A model generated the notes under the pieces. The model made no database searches, had not been told where the DNA came from, and saw nothing but the letters and a program-made list of their open reading frames with translations. DNA of 64,000 nucleotides. Origin: Patescibacteria group bacterium. Lineage in GTDB: Bacteria; Patescibacteriota; Patescibacteriia; Magasanikbacterales; GWA2-37-8. Positions within the stretch are counted from its first letter, which is position 1. Every line of letters starts with the position of its first letter. A program made the position numbers and the translations under genes. The DNA is taken from positions 64,001 through 128,000 of the forward strand of contig SCQK01000007.1 of assembly GCA_004321885.1 (NCBI GenBank), in the 5' to 3' direction. Below are positions 27,894-37,636 of this stretch, in pieces.

Positions 27894-28316
27894 TCACTGC
27901 TTGGTGCAGGTGACATACTTGTCAGCTGTTTGACAAGATGTCGACTGTGCCGAAGCACAGGGAGCAACCGCCCCCCCCCCGTTCGTACAAGGGAAACGAC
28001 AGCCAGAGCCGTCTTTGTTCTCTGTCCCATCTGGAGAACATTGACGGATTTCTGATCCGGTGCACACCCACGTACCACCTTTCGGGCACTTCCCAGACGT
28101 GGTGTCCGGCGTGGGCGTTCCCTTGTCGCACTTCCCCTGCGCCGAGACGACGCAGGTAGGAAACGAGTCGCCGACGAGCCCGTCGGCGCGGAGAGTGTCC
28201 GCAATGCGCGCGTCGGACGGGGGGGCGGAGCCGGTGTCATCGCCGCAGGACGCGGCGAGCGTCGCGAACGCGACGAGCGTCGCGCAAAGGAGGATAGCGT
28301 TCAATTTCTTCAGCAT
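27894..28316 (-). CDS. small Cys-rich lipoprotein paralogue (GC-rich)
   Basis: MLKKLNAILLC...LAASCGDD lipobox; 12 Cys. Confidence 0.6.
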   Translation of the reverse strand: MLKKLNAILLCATLVAFATLAASCGDDTGSAPPSDARIADTLRADGLVGDSFPTCVVSAQGKCDKGTPTPDTTSGKCPKGGTWVCTGSEIRQCSPDGTENKDGSGCRFPCTNGGGAVAPCASAQSTSCQTADKYVTCTKQ

Positions 28317-28357
28317 GTTCCTTCTCCTTCCCCACCGAAGCGGGGGTTTCGTTGTTT

Positions 28358-28496
28358 GTCATTGCGAGGAGCGAACGTAGTGAGCGACGCGGCAATCCCT
28401 GCCTGTCGACAGGCAGGCTTTTCGTAATTGACTTGGATTGCTTTCCGCCAGAGGCGGACAGGCGTCGGTCGCTTACGCTCCCTTCTCGCAATGACA
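28358..28496. repeat. family-A palindromic element in the leader (inverted copy of 25434-25572)
   Basis: sequence identity. Confidence 0.8.
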
Positions 28497-28573
28497 CCCA
28501 TTACCCAAACCTTCTTTTTGTGGCTAACCAGGCCATATACTGGCCTACTTAGCACTTTGTGAAAGAACCACAC

Positions 28574-28602
28574 CTTATACCACAAAACTGGGGTTTTGTC
28601 AA
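28574..28602 (-). promoter_or_regulatory. sigma70-like promoter (TTGACA-17nt-TATAAG) of the minus-strand lipoprotein module
   Basis: mirror image of 25328-25356. Confidence 0.45.
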
Positions 28603-28698
28603 CCTCGCCAAGAGGCCCCGCCTCCGGCAGGGTCAAGGGTATTGTCGCATGGCGGAGTGAACTCGTCAAGAAAAGATGTGATAAGTGACGATGTTTTT

Positions 28699-31600
28699 TT
28701 ATTTGGGAGCCACGATGATGGATTTGGAGAAAGAAGTAAATGCACCAGTATCATCTGTACACTCATCTTTTCCTCCATTCCAAAAACCCTGATAACACCC
28801 CCCGTCCTTCCCACCCGGACAACTCCCGTTACACCACCCCCAGTTATCCTTGACCTGCACCTTGGGGGTGTATTTGCAACAACCTTCTTTGAAAGCGAGG
28901 TCGGACGGGCATTGAGAAGCCGGGACAAAGTTAGCACTGTCTTTGACGCACTGGTAGGAATAATCAGCTCGGAAGTAGGCGTTGTCGCAGGTTTTGTCCA
29001 CAATCTGGCCAAAGTTGGGGGCGATGTTTTCCGGCAGGCATTGGTCGATGTTTTTGCAGTCGGTATCAGAACCGACTGTCTGGCAGGTTTTCGTCATGGG
29101 CCTCCTTATCTCGTGTTTATCTTCCGGCTGCACATAGGCGTCGGTTACAATGGTGCAGCGATTTTCTTTCACATCCTGATTAAGCGGATTGGGTACACTC
29201 TCACATTTGCCATCCACCTTCCCTCGGTGATTGCGGAAGTATCCATCAAGGACAACCGGCGCCGAGCCATCGTTCCAGTCTATCTTTACATTCCTGATGG
29301 GCATTTGGTTCATATCGGCATAGCCGTAAAATTTGAGGGTAACGCGGGAGGGAGAGACCGGTATTTTTACGTCAGCGCTGGTTTTGTCGTTGAGGGTGAT
29401 GCCGGCTGGCCCTTCGGTGCAAATGCCGCCCTGACAGTTGACAGACAGGACTTTGGGGGCTTTGAGAAAATTACTTAATGTCTCGGTGCGGTTAATTCCT
29501 TTGACTTCGTATGCATCTGAATTATATCGCTTATATATACCGAGATTATCTAGAGCAAATAAATTGTTGACTTTGGCGAATAGACTGTCAAGACGCGACA
29601 CGGAATTTATGCCTGCCGGCAAACCCGCGGGGGCTGGTTTGGTGAAATCAAGAGTGCCGTCCGGATTGCCACTAATTGTTCTGTTGACATAGCCGCCCGC
29701 ACCTGTGCTGCTTTTCGCGCCATACGGAGCGCCCACAATGCTCTGGATGGCATTCTGCTGGCGCGGGCCATAAAGTAACCGCAGGTCTTCTTTTTCCAAA
29801 GAAGGAGGATTGTTGATGTTGAGAGAGCCAAATGGTTCGGTGAGAGTTTTGAAGATGTAATCCGAGCCAGAGCCGGAAAAAGAGACGGAATATTTGCTTC
29901 CCTCCCAAATCCGGTTGGTCCAGGCCGTGCTCTGCCTGTCGGCAACATCGGCGATTTGGTCGCAGTATTCTCTTAATCGCGCCGTCACTTTTATATTTAT
30001 TGGAAAATAAGATTGGCCCGACTGCTCCTCATTTGGCCACCAGCCAGGACCGCCGCCGGCCAAACATTTTGCCACACCGACTTTAATCAGCTTTTTGTCT
30101 TTGTCAAACACCAAAACCACTTCCAAAGATTGCTGTCTGTCTTCTTTGCCGTTATCGCACAAATCGCCGGCGTCTTTGGCGGTCACCTGCATAACACTGT
30201 CTTTCAAACTATCTCCGTATTCGGGAAAAAATCCGGACTGGTCTTTAATGTAGTCGCGTTGCAGAACCCCGGCTCCCGCGTCCCGGTTATCGGAGAAAAA
30301 TCTCATTATGGTGTAATCGTTAAATTGTTTGATGCGCGTTTCCGCCAGCGGCGGCCGCGTGTTGATGGGTTTCTCAAATATTAAAGAATGTTCTTTTTCC
30401 GTATCACACAGTTCGGTTGAGTTGTAAGCGTCTCCTTTCAGCGAACCATCCGCGTTTTCTTCCGCCACCACGCATCCTGATTTGCCCGCCTGGTCAATGT
30501 AATTTTTTCCGTACAATGTTCTGACCCGTTTCGTAATATCGCTCTTGGCGCCATTACGGATAATATATGTGCCGCGCACCACATTATTGTCACCGCCGAT
30601 ATTTATGAACATGTCGGCCTCAATTTCCACCTGGTCTATATCATACAAATGAATGTCGTAATCAGCCACTTGTGAAAAAGTAACTCTGTTAAATAGACTG
30701 CCATATTTCCAAGACGCGGGATTGGGGTCTTTATGGCCGGGAAAATTAAACTCCTGCGGGTCATCTGCTTTGGCGAACGGCGTATAACCGACCATTTTTG
30801 ATGAAACAGAACCTGGTTTGATTATCGTCTCTGCCTTCAATGAATAAACAATGCCCTGGGGCACGAGTGTTCTGCTAAACGGAGACGGCATCAATGGCAA
30901 AAGAGACACGCCATAGCATTCTGACGGGTCGCAAAAATAATGTGCGTCATCGCTATTTGTAAAATATTGACGCGGCTGTTGGTCGCTGCCGGGGACTTGA
31001 TTATAGAGCGACTCTCCGATTTTTGGATTCACAGTGCTATTGATTGTAAGGTCGTTGGAATAAAAGGCGACTATTTGGCCTACTACACTTTTATAAATAG
31101 TGGCGCATCTTTGAATCTTTTCCTTGCTACAAAACCTTCCAAAAAAAGTCGGATAAGCGCTGTAATCGCCCCTATTCCCCGCTTCTCTGGCGCAATAATA
31201 CCGTCCATAGGCCGCGGGCTTGTAGCCGGCTTCGTCAAACTGGTTGTCCACGTCCAATGCCCCATTCAAGGTCTGCACCGGCAGCCAGGACAGGCACTGA
31301 AAGTTGGTCTGCTCGGAATTTATCGGGCGAGACATATCTTTTTCCAGACAAAAACCACGCCAGCCGATGAAGCGGTTTTCTTTTTTCTTGATTTCGCAAG
31401 TGCCGGATGTCTGGCCCGCGCAATCATCGTCAGTCGCGCAGGGCTTGGTGTCATAAGAGCCGCCCAGACAATAGCCCTGGGGCACGGCATTACCTTTGTT
31501 CGGATTGGTGTAGCCCCAGTATTTTACAGTGCTGTCTCCGTAATTTACCTTCGTGTAATCGCATTCGCAGGCAGAAGCGGTTTTGGTGTCCGTGGTTTCA

Positions 31601-34600
31601 ATAGCGCCGCTCTCATTGCACTTGTTGGCATTGACAAAGGCCTGGGATTTTACCAGATTGGCGGTGTTGGGATAGGGCGATTCTTTTTCCGGATAGGCGC
31701 GGCAGGTGTGGTTGGGCGCCTGGTCCATGATATTGCTGTCCGGGCCAGACGGGCTTTGCATACAGAGGTTGTTTTTGCAAATGCCGGCGCTGTTTTTGCC
31801 GCAGGGTTTGTTGTTGGCGCCCTGGGCGCAATTATAATCATTTGGCTTGGCCGGGTCTTTGCAGTTTAGCCCGCCGCAAGGAATCATTTTCACCAAACGC
31901 CAGTCCGGATTTTTGCTGTCGCCTAAATTGCGCTGGTCCAATTCTTCGGGCGGATACAAGCCCAGCAAACTAAAACCAGAATAGTCCAGTCCCTTCCACG
32001 AGGTGTCGCGGCCGCGGTAAATGTTGTCGCTTAAAACCTGGCCCGTGTATTCATGGTCAAAATCCACCCACTTTTTACAGTTGGTAATGTCGCCTTCCGC
32101 GGCTTTTTCCGGGGCCTGGGCGCACCGGCCAATGCCGTCGCAGACTTCTTTGAACTTGCTTTCTTTTTCGCTCCACACGCGGTGCGATGACTTGCATTGC
32201 AGCCACTCGCCGCACTCGCGGTCGCGCACCACTTTGAGCACGGTGTTGGCGTTGTTTACCCCGCCTTTCTTGGAAACATCTATGGGTTGAACCAGCGCGT
32301 AATTTTTGGCCGCGCTGTCGGCATAGGTGGCGGCCGTGTCATAGAGCTTGTTTGGCCAGTCGGTTTTGTCAAATAAAACACAGCCGGCTTTTTCGCTCAC
32401 TTGTCCAACGCATTCTTTAGCCGCGGATTTTAATTTTTCATCGTTGATGATGTAATAGGCCTTGTCGCTGTCGTTGTGGTCCACATACTCGGTGCAGCCG
32501 CTTTGCTGAGCCGGACATTCGCCCACGAAATTTTTGTACCGGCCTTTGTCGCCGTAAGACCACAGGTCATAAAGATTCCCGGCTTTCAAATAATCCGGAT
32601 AGCAGGGCGACAAATCCTTGTCAACGCATTTCGGGGTCGGGTCGGTCGGAGTTAGTGTGATGCCTTTGGCGCAATCGCTGTCGCTGACGCAATATTTTTC
32701 CAGATTGGTCTTGCTGTTCCCGTCGCACTGGCCCACACCTTTCCAAAACCAGCCGCTCGCTTTATTGCCAGCTCCCCCGGGCAAGGTTACATCAGCGCGA
32801 TAAGAACAAATTTTCTGCCCAATAACAACCGGGTCTTTGAAATAGACCGTGCCGTCCGGAGAATTATATTCGTCACAACCCTCGGCCTCGCTTTGGCAAA
32901 GATTTTTGTCATAGCCATCGGGGTCGTTTTTTACAAGAACCGTTTCGTAAGCATCGCCAGACGGAGTGGATTTTTTCTTACCGGCGTAAGTACAGCCGAC
33001 GTCAATCTCGTTGCAGTGGGCTGATTTGTCCGCCACCAAATATATGGGCTTGTCGGCCCGGGTGTCGGGGGGAATGAAAACCGTGGAAGCGGTGACTGTT
33101 CCGCCCGCGGTTTTGATGTCAGCTAATTCATATCCAAACACATTGACATAACAGCCCTTTTCTCCGACTGGAACCTGACAGGAAAATTCCTGGCTGGCCT
33201 GGATTCCTGCTTGCGCAGGAATGACAATTTTTACCTTTGTCCCCTCGGCTCCGGACAGCCACACATTGTACGCGCGCGGGCCCGAGTCCTCGGGCGTGTT
33301 GTATGTGTCGTACAGCGCAGTACAGCCAATGGCGTTTTCGCGGCACAAATTGCTAAAGCCCGTGAGATAAAACGGCGTATTGCGGGAATTGGCGTAAGCT
33401 GAACAGCCCAGGGCTTCGCCCGGCAGATTATCCGTGGGGTCGCTGTCGCAAATCTGGTCAACCTTGAGGGTTTTTTTGACCAGATAAATATAGTCGGTAA
33501 CTTCTTTCAAAGAAATGTTGTCTAAAAATACGCTGCCGACGTTGGCAAAGGAAAAAGTAAGGCTGGCCGCGTCTGTCTCGTTGACTTCCACTGGGCCGAG
33601 ATGATAATAGCGCCAGACATCGCTGACGCTCACCGCGCCCAGCGCGAATGAGGCAGTCTTGCCCAAAGCAACCGCAAGAGTAAGCGCGCCCGAGGACTTG
33701 GCCCAGAAAGTCAAATCATAACTCTTGCCGGTTTTGAGCGCCACATCTTTTACCGCTGTGCCGGCTGTGCCGCCGCCTGAATTTAAGACAGAAAATCCCA
33801 ATGAGTGCCCGCCCGGCCTGGTTGACTCGGCAGAAATGGCAATGGAACTGTTGCCCCCCGCCCAGCCAGTCAGGGCCGCGGCCTGAACTCCGGCTTCAAA
33901 TTCTTCGTAAAACACATTGCGCGTATTGTTGCCGGCATTGCCCTTGTACTCGCGGCAGGAGTTGTGCTGGGCCTGGCACGATAGGCTGATGCCGGCGGTG
34001 TTGTAGGCCGAGCCAGGCAGGCCATAGTAAAAGCAGGCGCCGTCTTTGTATTCGCCGTTTTGAAAACAATTAGCGCCATTGTAAAATTCCGGCTCGTTTA
34101 GGCGATACGGGGCGCAGGACTTGTCCACCGGAATGGTTTTGGCCAGCAGGCGGTAATAGACCGCGCCCTTGTCATCGTTGAATTGACGGCAGTCGGCGTC
34201 GGCCGTGCCGGCCTTGTAAAGCGCTTCGCTGCATTTCGCGTCATAACCAGTCAATTCGGCCTGGGTTTTGTACCAGTACTTTGGCGCCCCGGCCGCGACC
34301 GCATCTTCCACCAGGGTGTAGGTTTTTAATTGAAACCCGCCATAGGTGGAGCCTTCGTAGGTAAAGAAAACCTTGCCCTTGTCTTTTTCGGGCAAAACGC
34401 ACGGCCGCAAATAGGAAAAAAATTCCACCTGCTCGGTAAGACCGGCCGTGGTGGTGGACAGATTGGTAAAACTAGCGCACCCGGTCGCGGCCGACGGGCA
34501 CGAGGCGCCGGAGGCAGGAATAATATAAGCCAGGTCTTGGCCGGCCGAATAATTGCTGGGCATCTCGCGATAGCTGGCATAGCCCACGCACTTGGCATCG

Positions 34601-36885
34601 CACTGGTCGTTCCAGGTGATTTCGCCCTCGGTAATTGTAGCGGCCGTAAACTGGCCGGGCACGCGGTCGCCTAAATAGCTTTGCGGGCTATACCAGTCGC
34701 ACCCCACTTCGCTGGGCAAACACACCTGGGCATAGTTAACGCAATCTTTCTCCGGTTTGATGTTGGTCAAGTCAGCCACGGTTTCGGGCCAGTCTGTTGG
34801 CGGGGTGCCCGGGTTGGCATCGTAGCACTTCAAATAGTACGGCGCTTTTTTTAGAGACAATTTTTCAGTGGTACTAACGGTCTTGAAAATGGCACAGCCG
34901 GCTGAATTGGCCGAACAGCCCGAGGAGCCGGAGGATAAATTTTTATTGAAATAAATCGCGGAATTTTCGCCGATAGTTAGGTCGTCTGTGTTTTGCGCCA
35001 GCCAGGTGGACGAGGCGGCCGGGGTCTCTGCGCTTTTTTTCAGGCTATAAGCAGAACAGCCCACATTGTCTTTTTCACAATAGCCCGTGTCCAAGGTGCG
35101 CTGTAAATAGGCTGTTTGCGCGCCCGTGGTTTTGTTGGTAAAGGCCAGACAGGTGCGGTTTTGCGGCTTGCATTGGCCCGCGTCAAAACGCCAGACATTT
35201 TTCTCGCGCGAGCAATAGCCATAGGTGGCACAGTTGCCGTCTTTGTCATAGGCCACGCACGCAGACAAGTCCACGCATTCTTCCATTCTTTCGGGGCCGT
35301 CGGCCATCAGCAGATTGGGGCCGCTGGCCAGGGCGTTACAGCGCGAGGCCGGCGCTTTCAGCACCCAGTTCGGGTCTATCAAACGGCAAAAAGGCTTATT
35401 CACCGGGTCGTTGTCAATGACTCCGGAGCTGTTTTTATTGCAGTCATTAAACCCGTCCACCACTTGTTTTAATGTCCAAGGCTTGTCCGGATTGCTGTTT
35501 AAGGCCGCGATTTCAAAACCAAGCGGCAGGACGCGCGCCTTGCGCAGTTTTTTGATGTTGGAATAGCAGTAGGCCTGCTGATAACAGGCACGGTCCGTGT
35601 CTAAGGAATTATCCGGCGGAATCAGCTTCCAGTCGCCGTGCAGGCCCGGCCCGCCGGCTCCTCTTTGCAGGGCTTCGGCAATGGTGAGGGGCTTGCCGCC
35701 GCTGGCCTCCTGGGCCGCGCCCACCAGGCCCTCGTCGGCCGCGCAATTGTTTTGCGCCGGAGATTCCGGACAGCTGGAGAGCTCGGCCAGGATGTTGTAG
35801 CGCTCTTGCACCGTGGTTTTGGGCGTGAGCAATTCGCTGTACATTGTCTCGGCTTGGCGGCGGTCGCTTTGCCCGCCCACCGCGATAAAGTTCTCCGCGC
35901 TTGGACCGGCGCCGCCACCGCCGCCCTCATCGTAGCCGATGCCAAACGGAAACATGCCCTTGGACAGAAAATTTTTCACCATTTCCCCGGCCAGGGTGTT
36001 TAAGAACATTGAGATGGTGGAAGGAATAATTTGGAAAGTGCCTGAACCAATGGCCTGGCCCGCCATTTGCTGGCTCATTTTTTGCTGTTCCGATGGGGTC
36101 AAATTTTCCATTGTTTTTTTGGTGGCCTGGGCCGGCGTTTTTATTGCTCCGGAAATTAAAGACTCCACTCCCTTCATACCCTGACCCTCCTGGCGCTTCA
36201 AAAGAGCTTCATTTTTTTCTTCCATTATTATATTATCTATTTTCGCCCTTGAATCCATGTAAAGGCCGAGGTCGGTTTCTTCCACTTTAAGCGAGGCGTT
36301 GAAAACCTGGTCAAAGTTGCCCTCGGCCAGACCGCCGTAGCGGCTTTTCCAGGCCTCGCCGCCCCAATTTTTGACAAAGGAATTGAAATCGCAGGCCGGT
36401 TTGGCCGGTTCGCCATATTGAAATTTCAGCCCGATGCGAAAAGCCAGGTCAATTTTTATGTCCGGAATTTTGCACAAATTCAAACCAAGGGGCTTGCCCA
36501 ATTCTTCTATGGCCTTGCCAAACGCGTTGCCCCCGACGTTTTTCATATAGCTTCCCCAGCCGTCTTTGAAAGCCAGGCCGCTTTGGCCCTTGCCCCCGGC
36601 GGCCAGATACACAGCCGTGTCATAAGCAATTTTGCGCATGAAATATGAGGTAGCTTGCATGGCCGCGCTCATCACAGCCACCTGGGTGCCCTTTATTATT
36701 TTATCTTTTATTTGTTTGGCCAAATCCGGAATGTCTTTGGTGATAATGGCGGGCCACGCGGCTTGGGCCGTGCGCGGAAACAAAAAAGAACCGGCGAGGG
36801 TGGTAGCCAGCAGAATTACTGCAAGTATTGTGGCGCTGATTTTTTTCATACATTTGTCATTGCGAGGAGTGGAGCGACGAAGCAA
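28699..36885 (-). CDS. giant secreted Cys-rich surface protein (2728 aa)
   Basis: signal peptide MKKISATILAVILLATTLAGS...AQA; uninterrupted 8.2-kb ORF; many Cys/Gly/Asn-rich segments. Confidence 0.8.
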   Translation of the reverse strand: MLRRSTPRNDKCMKKISATILAVILLATTLAGSFLFPRTAQAAWPAIITKDIPDLAKQIKDKIIKGTQVAVMSAAMQATSYFMRKIAYDTAVYLAAGGKGQSGLAFKDGWGSYMKNVGGNAFGKAIEELGKPLGLNLCKIPDIKIDLAFRIGLKFQYGEPAKPACDFNSFVKNWGGEAWKSRYGGLAEGNFDQVFNASLKVEETDLGLYMDSRAKIDNIIMEEKNEALLKRQEGQGMKGVESLISGAIKTPAQATKKTMENLTPSEQQKMSQQMAGQAIGSGTFQIIPSTISMFLNTLAGEMVKNFLSKGMFPFGIGYDEGGGGGAGPSAENFIAVGGQSDRRQAETMYSELLTPKTTVQERYNILAELSSCPESPAQNNCAADEGLVGAAQEASGGKPLTIAEALQRGAGGPGLHGDWKLIPPDNSLDTDRACYQQAYCYSNIKKLRKARVLPLGFEIAALNSNPDKPWTLKQVVDGFNDCNKNSSGVIDNDPVNKPFCRLIDPNWVLKAPASRCNALASGPNLLMADGPERMEECVDLSACVAYDKDGNCATYGYCSREKNVWRFDAGQCKPQNRTCLAFTNKTTGAQTAYLQRTLDTGYCEKDNVGCSAYSLKKSAETPAASSTWLAQNTDDLTIGENSAIYFNKNLSSGSSGCSANSAGCAIFKTVSTTEKLSLKKAPYYLKCYDANPGTPPTDWPETVADLTNIKPEKDCVNYAQVCLPSEVGCDWYSPQSYLGDRVPGQFTAATITEGEITWNDQCDAKCVGYASYREMPSNYSAGQDLAYIIPASGASCPSAATGCASFTNLSTTTAGLTEQVEFFSYLRPCVLPEKDKGKVFFTYEGSTYGGFQLKTYTLVEDAVAAGAPKYWYKTQAELTGYDAKCSEALYKAGTADADCRQFNDDKGAVYYRLLAKTIPVDKSCAPYRLNEPEFYNGANCFQNGEYKDGACFYYGLPGSAYNTAGISLSCQAQHNSCREYKGNAGNNTRNVFYEEFEAGVQAAALTGWAGGNSSIAISAESTRPGGHSLGFSVLNSGGGTAGTAVKDVALKTGKSYDLTFWAKSSGALTLAVALGKTASFALGAVSVSDVWRYYHLGPVEVNETDAASLTFSFANVGSVFLDNISLKEVTDYIYLVKKTLKVDQICDSDPTDNLPGEALGCSAYANSRNTPFYLTGFSNLCRENAIGCTALYDTYNTPEDSGPRAYNVWLSGAEGTKVKIVIPAQAGIQASQEFSCQVPVGEKGCYVNVFGYELADIKTAGGTVTASTVFIPPDTRADKPIYLVADKSAHCNEIDVGCTYAGKKKSTPSGDAYETVLVKNDPDGYDKNLCQSEAEGCDEYNSPDGTVYFKDPVVIGQKICSYRADVTLPGGAGNKASGWFWKGVGQCDGNSKTNLEKYCVSDSDCAKGITLTPTDPTPKCVDKDLSPCYPDYLKAGNLYDLWSYGDKGRYKNFVGECPAQQSGCTEYVDHNDSDKAYYIINDEKLKSAAKECVGQVSEKAGCVLFDKTDWPNKLYDTAATYADSAAKNYALVQPIDVSKKGGVNNANTVLKVVRDRECGEWLQCKSSHRVWSEKESKFKEVCDGIGRCAQAPEKAAEGDITNCKKWVDFDHEYTGQVLSDNIYRGRDTSWKGLDYSGFSLLGLYPPEELDQRNLGDSKNPDWRLVKMIPCGGLNCKDPAKPNDYNCAQGANNKPCGKNSAGICKNNLCMQSPSGPDSNIMDQAPNHTCRAYPEKESPYPNTANLVKSQAFVNANKCNESGAIETTDTKTASACECDYTKVNYGDSTVKYWGYTNPNKGNAVPQGYCLGGSYDTKPCATDDDCAGQTSGTCEIKKKENRFIGWRGFCLEKDMSRPINSEQTNFQCLSWLPVQTLNGALDVDNQFDEAGYKPAAYGRYYCAREAGNRGDYSAYPTFFGRFCSKEKIQRCATIYKSVVGQIVAFYSNDLTINSTVNPKIGESLYNQVPGSDQQPRQYFTNSDDAHYFCDPSECYGVSLLPLMPSPFSRTLVPQGIVYSLKAETIIKPGSVSSKMVGYTPFAKADDPQEFNFPGHKDPNPASWKYGSLFNRVTFSQVADYDIHLYDIDQVEIEADMFINIGGDNNVVRGTYIIRNGAKSDITKRVRTLYGKNYIDQAGKSGCVVAEENADGSLKGDAYNSTELCDTEKEHSLIFEKPINTRPPLAETRIKQFNDYTIMRFFSDNRDAGAGVLQRDYIKDQSGFFPEYGDSLKDSVMQVTAKDAGDLCDNGKEDRQQSLEVVLVFDKDKKLIKVGVAKCLAGGGPGWWPNEEQSGQSYFPINIKVTARLREYCDQIADVADRQSTAWTNRIWEGSKYSVSFSGSGSDYIFKTLTEPFGSLNINNPPSLEKEDLRLLYGPRQQNAIQSIVGAPYGAKSSTGAGGYVNRTISGNPDGTLDFTKPAPAGLPAGINSVSRLDSLFAKVNNLFALDNLGIYKRYNSDAYEVKGINRTETLSNFLKAPKVLSVNCQGGICTEGPAGITLNDKTSADVKIPVSPSRVTLKFYGYADMNQMPIRNVKIDWNDGSAPVVLDGYFRNHRGKVDGKCESVPNPLNQDVKENRCTIVTDAYVQPEDKHEIRRPMTKTCQTVGSDTDCKNIDQCLPENIAPNFGQIVDKTCDNAYFRADYSYQCVKDSANFVPASQCPSDLAFKEGCCKYTPKVQVKDNWGWCNGSCPGGKDGGCYQGFWNGGKDECTDDTGAFTSFSKSIIVAPK

Positions 36886-36937
36886 TCCCTTGCGTTATGT
36901 CTGGGATTGCTTCGGCCTTTCAGGCCTCGCAATGACA
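36856..36937. repeat. family-A palindromic element
   Basis: GTCATTGCGAGGAG...CGCAATGACA between the TSP3-repeat gene and the giant gene. Confidence 0.8.
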
Positions 36938-37561
36938 CTATTGTTTTAACATACTCGCCGCGGCGCTCGTGGTGGAATTCATTATTTCTTGCACTGTGGC
37001 GAGCAAGTCATTGTCGGAAATTTTATCCAATATGTCTTTGTCCATCCCGGCCGCTGTCAGCATTTCGCGCAATTGCTTGGGGTCGCTTAGGGCCTTGTTG
37101 ATATCAAGCAAAGCCGTGCTTGTGGCCGGCGGTTCGGCCCCCAAAGCCGCGGGCGCGGCCGGCAAGGCCTCGCCGGCGCTCATCAGAGAACAATCTTTGC
37201 CCTCGGCGCAATTTGGATTGGCGCCCTTGTCAATCTCTTGTTTGTCGCTGGCGCCGTCGGAATCGCTGTCGGCCAAATACGGGCTGGTTTGATAAATATA
37301 CAGCTCATCAAAATCGTTTAAGCCATCTTTGTCTGTGTCGCGAAAACGCAGGGTTTCTATGCTAATCGTGTCGTGCGCTTGAAAAGGAGGAATTTTGCTG
37401 TTTAAGGCAAACGGCGCCAGCATGGTATTGCGCAACTGCAAATAGCCAAGCCCCACGGCGAGAAGCGCAAAAATAGATAGCAGTAACAACCCTATCTTTT
37501 GGTGTCTGGATAAGTGTTTTTGAAAATCTACCGGCGATTGTTCGTCCGGCATAGTAATCAT
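36938..37561 (-). CDS. membrane-anchored protein with thrombospondin-type-3-like Ca-binding repeats
   Basis: N-terminal TM helix; DTDKDGLNDFDE and DSDSDGASDKQE (DxDxDG) repeats. Confidence 0.55.
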   Translation of the reverse strand: MITMPDEQSPVDFQKHLSRHQKIGLLLLSIFALLAVGLGYLQLRNTMLAPFALNSKIPPFQAHDTISIETLRFRDTDKDGLNDFDELYIYQTSPYLADSDSDGASDKQEIDKGANPNCAEGKDCSLMSAGEALPAAPAALGAEPPATSTALLDINKALSDPKQLREMLTAAGMDKDILDKISDNDLLATVQEIMNSTTSAAASMLKQ

Positions 37562-37563
37562 CT

Positions 37564-37624
37564 GTCATGCTGAACTTGTTTCAGCATCTCCACTGGGGAT
37601 CCTGAAACAAGTTCAGGATGACAA
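37564..37624. repeat. tandem family-E palindromes (GTCATGCTGAACTTGTTTCAGCAT / ATCCTGAAACAAGTTCAGGATGACA)
   Basis: related copies at 14440-14475 and 45716-45745. Confidence 0.7.
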
Positions 37625-37636
37625 TGGTTTACATTA

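Noticed and set aside
30940-31869. 309-aa plus-strand ORF inside the giant gene
   Set aside because: It is antisense to the uninterrupted 8.2-kb ORF that has a signal peptide and paralogous copies; it has no RBS or motif.
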